A DNA stretch of 64,000 nucleotides from Vitrella brassicaformis CCMP3155. Taxonomy: Eukaryota > Protista > Chromerida. Location of the stretch: assembly GCA_001179505.1 (NCBI GenBank), contig CDMY01000350.1:42544-106543 (forward strand), read 5' to 3'. Below, one piece after another: positions 50,030 to 60,140 of the stretch. A program made the translations under genes and the position numbers. The notes under the pieces are model-generated. The model was given only the letters and a program-made list of their open reading frames with translations, was not told the DNA's origin and searched no databases. Position 1 is the first letter of the stretch. The number at the start of each line of letters is the position of its first letter.

Positions 50030-50357
50030 GACTGTGCGTGTCTGTCTGTCTGTCTGCTCGAGTGTGTGGGTGTCTGTTTGCCCGTACGCACGAACGCATG
50101 TGTGTGACTTGGTGTCTGTGTCACTAGACAGTGTGTGTCCACCCACTCATACGACCCCCCAGTCGCATTCACAGGATCTATCGACAGACATCACATGGCT
50201 GGCCATCATCACAACAACACACACATGTATGTCACAAGTACACACGAATGAATTGCACAACACAATGTCACTATATACTTCACACTCACACGTGGAAAAC
50301 ACTGCACTGCACTGCACACCTGCCTGCCTGCCTGCCTGCCCTTCCCCATCCACTCAT

Positions 50358-51830
50358 TCAAGCCGTCTGCTCGTCCAGTGGCTCAAAGGCCGGCGTATAG
50401 ATTTGCAGGTGCCCCTCCGGCTTGTTAGCCATGGCCTTGGTCGAGCCGCCCACCACATAGAACCGGCCGTCGAGCACAGCGCCCCCGGTGCCGTGTATCT
50501 GCTGAGGCAGTGCCGTGGCCTCGGTCCACTTCCAGCTGCTTGCATCTTGCTCAGCGCATGGCTGTGCTGCAAGGGCCTCCAAAGTGCTCTTCAGTCCTCC
50601 TGTGGTGTCGTCAGCTGTGTCGGTCTTGAGGGCTGCGAGTGCACTCGTGGCCTTGGCCTGCTGGTGCTGGCAGAGCCGTCGTGAGGGCAGCAGCTCGACG
50701 CTTGTGAGGGCGTAGGGGCCGGCCTGCTGGTCGATGGCGAAGACCACCTCCCCGCCGGCCACCACCACATGGTCATTCATCACCCCAACCGCAAAACCCG
50801 CTCGCATATGCTGTTAGACACACACAGAGAGACAGTCACCTGGAGTGTGCGTGTGTTGCGTCTGCATCAAGACTGACGTTCAGCTGTGGGCCGTTCGTCC
50901 ACTTTGATGTGTCGGGGTCGAATATGTCGACGCTCGTGCGCTCGCTGCCGTCGGTTTCCCACTTGCCGCCAATGACCAGAAGCTCGTTGTCGAGGAAAGC
51001 GGCGCCCACATGCTCCCGCCGCCGTGGCGGGCCCTCGTCGTGCACCTCCCAGGTGAACGTGGCCGGGTCATATATCAGCATCTCGTTACCCGACAGCTCC
51101 CCGCCGACCACGTAGACCTTGCCAGTCTCGGGCTGCGTGACGGCCGCACCGGCCGCACGAGGGAGCGGCAAAGGCGGCAGCCACTCCCACTTGTCAGTCG
51201 TCGCATTGTACAAAAACGCGTTGGTCGCCGGGGCGCGATCGACCCAGTCGCCCGTGAAGCCGCCGAGTGCGATAAACGAGTCGCCGAGAGAGCCGTCCGA
51301 GTTGAGCAAGGGAGCGGCCATCAGGTGATGCCGACCTGCGTGACGTAACACACACACCATACAGACGTACAGACACTGAGGTGCGTCCTAAGCTGCCTTG
51401 CTGGCTGACCTTCGGGCATGGGGGCGACGGTCTCCCACTTTTGGGTCTTGGGGTCGTATCTCTCGACTGTTTTGCTGACATCCCCATAGCCGCCCATCGC
51501 GTATATCTGCCCACACACAACATAACACACCACACGGCACACTGATTGGATGGGCGGCTGTGCGGCGGACAGCTGTCTGCTCACCTTGCCGTCGGCGAGA
51601 GCAACCACCGCGATCTCTGCCCTGAATGGCTCCGGCATCAGCTGCCCCTCCTCCCACCCCCCCTCCGCCATAGTACAGGGCGCCAAAGTCACCGCAGTGT
51701 CATCACCAGGCCCGCGCAGCCGCCTCCTGCTCGTGTCACCCGTCGACTCACAGAGCGTGACGTTTGGCTTTTGGGCGTAGAGGACGCCGAGCTGCAGGAA
51801 CACCGCAAGCAGGAACACACCTGCCCGCAT
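50358..51830 (-). CDS. Secreted Kelch-repeat beta-propeller protein
   Basis: Signal-peptide-like MRAGVFLLAVFLQLGVLYA, followed by about six Kelch repeats (IYAMGG..VERYDPKTQKWETVAPMP; VYVVGG..IYDPATFTW; LLVIGG..VDIFDPDTSKWTNGPQLN; FYVVGG). Confidence 0.88.
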
Positions 51831-52014
51831 TGATGTGTAGCAGCGCAGCATAGTATCGCAGCGACAATAACGGCCGTATAACGGCTGGGGGCAGCGAGCT
51901 TGGCGCGCAGTCTCCCGAAATTTTCCGATTTCGATGATGGGCATGATGATTCACTTCGGGTAAGGCATTGACACACCATGAAGGGCCGCCGACACCCATC
52001 AGTGGTCAGTCGTC

Positions 52015-55000
52015 ATGGATTTTGTCCCCTTCTCTGCGGGCAGGTCTCTTGGAGGCGGCACCTGGAGGATTGACCGCTTTCTGCCGGCGCGGCACCCGGC
52101 CATTGCCAGTGGAGGCGACCTGCGGAAGCTCAAGAGCAACAGGGACCTCGGAGTCACCGCCAAGACATCCCGCAGCGCCAAATCGACTGGCGCATCATCG
52201 CAGCGTGTGAGCGTCGCGGCGGCCGATGAGCCGCCCACGTACGAGGTGGATCCCACGCAGCCCATCACAGCCATTGCGCTCGCACCAGGTAACGGAGGGA
52301 GCATCCACGCCACAGTGTTGTTTGATTCTATGGATCAAGGAATGATGCAGACCGGCGTGAGCTGGCAGTGGCGTATGGCGCCCTTGATGGGGGGACTGGG
52401 GTGGAGAGCCACGCAGGAGCGGAGCCGTCGGCGAGCCATCAGCACCACATCGCTCTCTGGGACATCCGAGACCCGCCGACCATCCCCATACGGCTACACG
52501 GCCATCACGGCACCATCTGGGCTCTATCGTACTCATCCGACGGCTTGAAGCTGGCTTCGGCAAGCGCTGACTTCACCGTCATGCTGTGGGACCTCGCCAC
52601 GGCCAAGGAAGAGCGGAAGACGGAGGGAAAACGGATAAGAAGCCTGCTGGAAGAGCAGGGCCTCTGGGGAAAGGCCACTGCCGAGCCAACGCAAAAAGAC
52701 GACAGGGGAAAGGCAAAAAAGAGGAGAAAAGACAGAGGAGGGAGGAAACAGCAGACGGAGGGCGACCATCACCAGCAGCAGGAGGGAGAGCAGGAGGACC
52801 GTGAGGACGAGGGTGGCGGGGCCGAGGGTGGAGGTGCGTGTGAGGGTGAGCCCCTCCCTGCCTCTCAGTCGACGTCGGCCAGCCGCGGCTGCGAGAGGAT
52901 GGCCGTGCTGCGCTTGCACACCAATTGGGTGCTGGATGTGGCCTTCGACCCCACAGGCAAATGGGTGGGTCAGACGGTGTCCATTCTCTTTCTGCTGTCA
53001 TCTCTCATTGTGTGTTTTCTGCCCGTATGCAGTTGGTGTCATGTGGAAGTGACGGCCGTCTGGTAGCGTGGGACACTGAGCTCAGGGCGGCCATGAAGCT
53101 GTGGGCCGCCCATCGCAGGACCGTCTATAAGGTCAACTTTTCGACTGACGGCAGACGGCTGGCATCTTGCGGCTCAGATGGGTCGGTCAACATGAGAACG
53201 GCACAGCGTCATGCGTCGCAGTTCATTATGCCGTCCATCTGTGCTCTGTTGATCAGGTCCTTGTGTGTGTGGAATGTGGATGCCGATTTCCAGGGGATTT
53301 GCACCCTCAGAGGTGAGACCCACACACATATGTAGGGTCTGTGTGTCCACGGTGTGTCTGTCGGCATGCGTCAGGCCACATCGGTGCTGTGCATGCTGTC
53401 CGCTTCCACCCGTCGGATCGCACACTCGTCGCAACGGGCGGAGAGGTGGGGGAAACACACACACACACATACACACATACGCAGAGAGACAGAGAGACAG
53501 AGAGGGAGAGACATGGGCATCGTGGCTCGTTTTTGTCAAGGACGGCACGGTGCGATTGTGGGACTTGAATGACTTCGTCCGCGACTACCTGAAGCTGGTG
53601 AAGCTGGGCCTCACTGACGACCCAGAGGCGCTCAACGAGCTGACCTGCTCGCCACACCACATACTCAAGGCAACCAATACACATACACACCCACCGTGTA
53701 ATGGGTGAAGAAGATGTGTCCGTGTGTGTGTGTGTGTGTGTTTGTGTGTTCAGGGTCACGAGGTGGGCGTGTGGTATTTGGAATACTCACCTGACGGCAG
53801 ACTCGTCGCGTCGGGCGACAACGAAGGTCTGCAATCCGACAAAACAAGCAAGGGCGCTCAGGGTCATTGTGTCTGTGTGTGTGGCAGGGACGGTGTACGT
53901 GTGGAACGTCTCGTATCAGCAGCCGACCCTCAACCACTCATTCAAGGTAGATGCGCGCGTCGACGAAGCGTCATCTGGCCATACCTTTCCTGACAATGTC
54001 TTTGTCTTTCTGTGTGTGCAGCGGCTGCACTACGGTGCCATTCGGGGCCTGGTGTGGCAGCCCAACATGACCATGCTCCTCACCGCAGCCAAAGACGGAA
54101 AAGTAAGGAACACACAGATGGACAGGCCTCTTCGTCTCTCATTGACCTTTCACACATACGGACGCAGCTGGGGTTTCTGTCGGTCCCTCCCAAGTGCCGG
54201 CAGGACCCCGACAAGAAGAAAAAGAAGACAAGAACCGGGGCGGCCGCTCTCCTATTCGGCGGCAACAGCGCGGCGCTGCGATCCTGGATACTCTCACTGC
54301 TCGACCCCACTTCACGCGCACGCACCATGAAGAGATATCTCGACTCCATCGAGGACGAGACAAAGAGGAAAAAGGCCGCCGGTGAGTGGGGGCATCGACA
54401 CAGGCGACACTCTTACGTCGCTGTGTCGTTCATATGTGTGTGTGCAGCGAATGTGATAGCGTCCCGCTGGCACGAGAAGCGTGGGAGCATGGAAGAGCCG
54501 ACACCGGCCAGAGAGAAGGACCCCGCCGGAAGGGAAGAGGACAGACCAAAGCCTTCGGCTCCCTCCTCGCCGACAGGTGATGCCCCAGTAGCCAAGGCGG
54601 CTCCCAGCAGCAAGAAGAGCAGCATCGGTGGGGGCCTCTTCCGCAAAAGGACTCACGTCGACCAGATGGACAAAAGCCCCGATGACTCAATCAAGATCAG
54701 ACCCAAACACGGGTGGGTTGCAAGCAGGTGTCAGTGGATTTCTGTGTGTGAGACGCTCTTTGGCTTCTGCAGGTCTGTAAGGTACCGATCGGGCAAGTCT
54801 GGCATGATGTCGTCACTCAAAGATGGCCCCACACAGCCACCGGCAGATGACGCACGGAACGACAGGCCCACAACAACGGCATCTCGATTCGCTGACAGTG
54901 CTCCCCCCCGCGCGCCGCCCCTCCCCGCCAGCCCCCTGTCGTACCGACCGCCTTCGCCAGCACTCCCCAGCGACCCATCTGCACCCATTCCCCCACCCCC

Positions 55001-55562
55001 TCCACGCCCACCCCTCCCAGCAGCCTTGCCAGGTCCGGTTCTCCCTGGCGCAAGGCCCGCCGTATCAAGGGAAGAACCTCAGAGCTCTTCACCGACGGCG
55101 AGAGCGAAGAATCGGCCCCCACTGCCACTGCAGGCCCCCTTGCCGCCTCCCTTGCCGCCCCCTCCCCCAGCTGCCCCAGCAGCTGCTTCTCTGATGGCTG
55201 CTGCGGGCCCCCCACTCCCAGGCGCGATTCTGCCGCCACCACAGCCACCAGCGCCTTCTCTGACAGAGGAGACACACGATGACAACATTCTTGAGGCGGG
55301 CAAGGCGGCTGTGGTCCGATCAGGCAGCAGCAACAACGTGCAGACCAAATGGTTCGGTGGATCAGGCAGTGATGAGCTGCTGGCTGGGGCAGAGAGTGGG
55401 GTAATGGGTCCAGGCTCAGAGGGGCAGCAGCTCGACTCTGCTGTGCCGCCCGCCAGTGTGTTTGTGTCGCCGAGTGTGATTAGCAAGAAGGGTAGCCGAG
55501 AGAGTGAGGAGCCGACAGAGAGGAAGGAGTGGACCGTCGGCACAGACAGAGTGAATGAGTGA
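52015..55562 (+). CDS. WD40-repeat protein with a Lys/Glu-rich insert and a Pro-rich C-terminal region, multi-exon
   Basis: LHGHHGTIWALSYSSDGLKLASASADFTVMLWD, LHTNWVLDVAFDPTG, AHRRTVYKVNFSTDGRRLASCGSDG, GHIGAVHAVRF..DGTVRLWD, GHEVGVWYLEYSPDG and LHYGAIRGLVWQP..LLTAAKDGK; then poly-Pro tracts. Confidence 0.88.
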
Positions 55563-55937
55563 CTGTAGCAATGATACTGTGAGTGCAGTGGGTGTCTTCG
55601 TGTGTCTGCCTATTGGGACAGGGCCTTCTGTGTCAACGACTGCATTTGTTTATTCATCGACGCTGGCTGAGCCACGAGACACATGGTGCACATTACCCTT
55701 GTGTGTGTGGATGAGTGAGTCATGAGCGACTAATGCCGCCAGAGGTAAGTGAGGTGACACACACATAAATGACAGACTGTCCACAGTAGTCTCACACGCA
55801 CTCATGAATCCATCCGGGCAGCCAGGCAGCCAAACCGCAACATGCCCCCCTCTCCCCCTCTCGCTGTCCGTATACACCGAAAAAGACTGGGGACCAATGC
55901 CAAGCAATCTGTCTTGTTCCCTATTCAACCTATTCAA

Positions 55938-56501
55938 TCACTTCAGTCCACCGCGTCCTCTCCCCCGCGCCACACCATGCCCCCACGATGCCCGTCCACT
56001 ATCGTGGTGAGGGTCCGGCTCAGTCGTGCAGACACAAACGCAGCACCGATCCGGGTCCCCCAACAGCTCCATTATCGCCGTGTGCCCTTCGCCGACCGCC
56101 CCACCCAGCACTATCAGTCGGCCACGATGGCCCCCGTCGACTTGTCCAACACGGCCGCCCCCGCCCCCCACTGTGTGTCATCTGTGGGAGAGGCCGCCAG
56201 CAGCTCATTCACGCGCCGGGATGCAGCAGAGGCACGACAGTAAGACACCCAGGATCTGAAGGTGCGGATGTGGCGGCTGCCACAAAGCCAGTAGAACAGG
56301 ACGAATGCCACCATTGATGTGTAGTTGGCTTATGTGCCGCCGTCTAGCTGTGTGGGCGGGTCGGCGGGATCCAATGCAGCATGAGGGAAGTGTGGACTCG
56401 GTTCGGTGAGGAGGGTGGGGAGGCAGTGGGTCTGAGAGCGGAGAATCTTGTTGCGGGTCCACCAGCTGTATCTGTTGGCCGTTGTGGTTCAAAGTGATCA
56501 T
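55938..56501 (-). pseudogene. Family B fragment B5 (3' half only, frameshifted), tandem to B4
   Basis: ITLNHNGQQIQL, SMVAFVLFYWL..SYCRASAASRRVNELLA, RLIVLGGAVGEGHTAIMEL and CVCTTEPDPH appear in shifting frames. Confidence 0.8.
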
Positions 56502-56547
56502 CTATCCCGCCACACATTCCGCCCCAGGTGATGTCCCAGCACACCCA

Positions 56548-57840
56548 TCACAGCATCGCGCATCTGGACGAGGGGGCCCACAAGGTCGCGTAGATGCCCA
56601 CATAGCGTCCATCCCCCCACTCCTCCAGCTTAATGAGTGCCATGTGTCCCTCGCCCATCGCCTCACTCCCAAGCACCACCAGCCGCTCATGGCCCTCCCC
56701 GTCAGACCACTTCTCGTCGAACACGGCCGCCCCCGCCCCCCACTGTGTCGCATCGCTGGGAGGGGCCGCCAGCAGCTCACACACACGCCGATATGCAGCA
56801 GGGTCAGGACGGCAAGACCACCAGGCTTTGATGCAAGGGATGTGGCCGTCTTTATAGAGCCAGGAGAGCAGGATGAATGCCACCATTGATGTGTAGCTGG
56901 GGCTCGTCCAGTCGCTCAGCTTAGTGGGCGGATTGGCGGGGTCGAATGTGTCGTGAGGGAAGAGGGGGCTGCCAGAGGGGAAAAGCGTGCGGAGATAGTA
57001 GCTCGTCTCGACAGGGAGGCGGAAAAACCTGTCGCCGTTCATCAGTCGTCTCTGTTGGCCTCGAAAACTGACAGTGACATCTCGGCTGAGTATCTTCCAC
57101 CGCCGGACGGCCTCCGTCTCGCCGATGAAGGCCGCCCGGCTGCCAAACACACTGAAGTTGTCGTCACTCAGCACCACAATCCTCCGGCCTCGCAGCAAGT
57201 ACAGCATCTCCAGCACAGGCCGCCATCTGGCCCAATCGCCGCCCCTCTCGAAGATGAAGAGCCGACGTGTGATGGCCACAATGATGGACACCCTCTGGGT
57301 CAGCTGAGGCATCGGCACCTCCATCAGACCGCCAAAGATGGCCTCCACCACGACGGGCAGCAGTCGTATGAGAATGGGCAGCAGGACGGCGGCGGTGAAT
57401 TGGGTGGGATGGGCGGCGATGAGGGCCTCCAGCTGTGAGTAATTCCTGACGTACTCGGCAACTAAGGGCACCGCCTCATCTGGCACATCAGCGGGACTGA
57501 TGAGGCGATCATACTGATGCTGCTGGTGCTGATTGACACACGACACATGGCTGGCACCTGCACCACCATCAGCACACACACACACACACAGACAGTCAGC
57601 TGTGTGCCGGCATGATTGTGCCTTTCTGCAGCGAACGTGTTGGTCACCATTGGCGGCCGACGCAGCGGACGATGTCGTGTTCTTAGATATGCCATTCTCG
57701 ACACGAGCAGCCGATGTCTGCAATCAACGCAGACAGACAGGCAAACAGACAGACAGACATCATGTGTGCCTGCCGGTGCTGTCCTTCTCCGCTCGCCTCG
57801 CCGTGCATAGGCCCTTCAGCCACCGCCATAGACCAAGCAT
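56548..57840 (-). CDS. Family B copy B4, closest to B2; the C-terminus lacks the TTESAPHD end and runs into B5
   Basis: Leader MLGLWRWLKGLCT, then ..DVPDEAVPLVAEYVRNYSQLEALI.. and a full core to YVGIYA. Confidence 0.75.
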
Positions 57841-58323
57841 GCCGGAGGAAGAGGCCCTTGTGAGTCACAGATCTGCCACAATCACACGCAGAGACCACAC
57901 AGGCCGTCATTGCTGATCTCATAAGGCCCTCTTGGGTGCCCTCCCTCACCTCAATGCGTCAGATCAGCGCCGCTCAGAGAGATGACGGCCACATCTCTGT
58001 TGATCGATGTCATCACAGCGGCGCTTCGGTCACCTCCCAGGCACTCCACGCCGCCCTGTTATCGCAAAAAGGCAAAGATTCTCGGCTGCAAGCTCGCAGA
58101 GCTGCGCAACGCTTTAACGACGCCGTCAGGCCACCTAGGGTGCTCCCTGAAACCGCTGCTGCGCAACGCTTTAAGCTCTTAAGACGCTCATCGGAGGCGA
58201 GAGGGCAGCAAGAGAGACAGATGAAGTATCGAAATGCCGCAAACCGATCCCTTTTCGTGTGTCTGTTGTGTGTGGCTGCAGATCTCTTGTGTGATGCCTC
58301 GCTGAGGCCTCAAGACACTCCCG
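57841..58323. promoter_or_regulatory. Cassette spacer (bidirectional), copy 4, inverted relative to copies 1-3
   Basis: Reverse-complement homology to 35892-36336 and 25673-26288. Confidence 0.7.
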
Positions 58324-59466
58324 ATGCAGCCCACTGGTGCGGCGCCCTCGTCCCGTCCCGCCAGCCCTGCCCTCTTCCAGCCCGCCGACCTCTTTGACCT
58401 GTCATTGCCCATCAGCAAGATGGCCGCCATGGCCTTGGCGACTGACGATGCCAAACGAGCCGCTCTCCGCTCGCAGATCGCCACCCGCACTCGGCAACAG
58501 GAGCTGCTGGGCCACACTGCGGAGACCGTCAACAGCACCTTGCTCAACGCCGTCCAGCAGCACATCCACAAGGCCCTCAGTCGTCTCGGCCTGGCGGACG
58601 TCTTGGCCTTCGACATTGGCGGTGATGTGGAGGCCGGCTTGAAGGTGGTCTGTGTGCTGGAGCGGGGCAGTGGCGAGGAGTGGCGGGCGATGGGGCGGTT
58701 CCTTCGGATGGCCTTCATCTACCGGCTGACCCCTGCTGATGCGCCGCGGCCTCTCCGGCTGTCGGCTTCCTCGCTGCCCACAGCAACGGCCTTCCACCAG
58801 CTGCCACTCGCCATGGCCCTCTACAAGACCTTCGGCCAGCAGCTCAGCTACATGGGGATCAGCCTGGCGCTGCAGCAAACCGACGACGGGGCCTATCGGA
58901 TCGGCAATGTGCCGTTTCGTGTGGTGCCGTTAGGTGAGCTGCCGGGCGGCCATCCCTATGCCGACGGCTACAAGCGGACCGATCCCGTCATCCGCTGGAA
59001 CGAATGGCTCCTCTTCCCCTCATTCTCGGCCTTTCTGATGGATAGGCTGCTCGTGTGGTGGTGTGATGGAGAGGGGGTGGGTTGCAAGATGGTGCTGTTG
59101 GCACGCATCGGTAGTGAGGACCCTCGCTACGTCCCTCGCTATGGCCGTCTGCTGAGAACCGACGACATCACAGAGGATCAGGGCATCGTCGCCGACTATT
59201 GCAACGACTGGGGCAATCTGAATGCTGCTGATGCGACGGACTATCGTCGTGTGATTGTGAGCGGTTTCCGGCCCAACGATACCGTCACTGTCTACCTGCA
59301 GATGGGGCACAACGATATCCAGCTGTGGACGACCGAGGCACCTGCTGCTGATCGGCCTCATCCACTCGCGGACCGCTACACTCTGTCGATACCCCTGTGG
59401 TGTGGCGTGCTGCGGCGATTCGAGCTGGAGACCGACGTCATCGACAGGGGGATGGTGCTGAGGTGA
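58324..59466 (+). CDS. Family A copy A10 (MQPT-type), intact 380 aa
   Basis: Uninterrupted ORF. Micro-duplication EDPRYVPRYGRLL. Confidence 0.85.
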   Translation: MQPTGAAPSSRPASPALFQPADLFDLSLPISKMAAMALATDDAKRAALRSQIATRTRQQELLGHTAETVNSTLLNAVQQHIHKALSRLGLADVLAFDIGGDVEAGLKVVCVLERGSGEEWRAMGRFLRMAFIYRLTPADAPRPLRLSASSLPTATAFHQLPLAMALYKTFGQQLSYMGISLALQQTDDGAYRIGNVPFRVVPLGELPGGHPYADGYKRTDPVIRWNEWLLFPSFSAFLMDRLLVWWCDGEGVGCKMVLLARIGSEDPRYVPRYGRLLRTDDITEDQGIVADYCNDWGNLNAADATDYRRVIVSGFRPNDTVTVYLQMGHNDIQLWTTEAPAADRPHPLADRYTLSIPLWCGVLRRFELETDVIDRGMVLR

Positions 59467-59654
59467 AGGGTGTTGGCTGGCGGTTGGTGTTGTTGGTGCG
59501 TTTAATGCGTGGAGAGGGTCTGTCTGTCCGGGCGGTCGAGCAAATGACATGTGTTAACGTGTGACTGATTTTCATCGATCGTCGGTCCCTCTTTCTTTGG
59601 AGACAGTAGTATTTCGAATGCAGACGAATAGTTTTGCACCACTACGATCAGCAC

Positions 59655-59815
59655 CTGTCAGACAGCACACCTGGAATGCATTTGAATGGGCGCCAGGTCA
59701 GCACGAGGTGTGCGCTTCTTCTCTCACCCTTCCTCAGTTGACCAACTGCATTGCTTGCAATATGACCCTTAAGGGAAGCCTCTGTCTGGTCACTCATAGA
59801 GATCAACGGAACAGG
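59655..59815. repeat. Orphan copy of the F-box-type A 5' flank with no adjacent gene
   Basis: Homologous to 17581-17750 and 61311-61475, but it directly abuts the A10 3' region. Confidence 0.7.
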
Positions 59816-60140
59816 CAGAGCTATTAATCCTTCTCTCGGAGACAGCAATACTCCCAGCACAGACACACACACTCATGCTCACACACAGACCTTCCTCAAC
59901 AGACACATACGTTGTGTATCGGTTTCATTCACGGTGGCTTGCATGAAGAGGATTTAGGATTTTGCTCCGGATGACTTTTGACATCAGACGAGTCGAGGGT
60001 CATCTGCACTGATCTTCATTCACGTGAACCAGCCATCCAATCAAACAGTCCAATAAAAACGAGTCGGACATTCAGCGATCCATGCCATACTTGCAAAGAG
60101 GCACGTCGACATACCGGAACACCTATGAAGTTACCACCCC

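Larger units (their letters stand above)
4900..55000. repeat. Dense intronic microsatellites ((CA)n/(TG)n, (GA)n, (GTCT)n, (GATG)n, (CAGT)n)
   Basis: Nearly every intron of the spliced genes contains such a tract, typically (TG)n immediately before the cag acceptor. Confidence 0.95.

Noticed and set aside
58324-59466. SMI1/KNR4 (SUKH) immunity-domain similarity of the YPSFSAFLL motif
   Set aside because: Only one short motif resembles it; the rest of the SUKH pattern is not seen.
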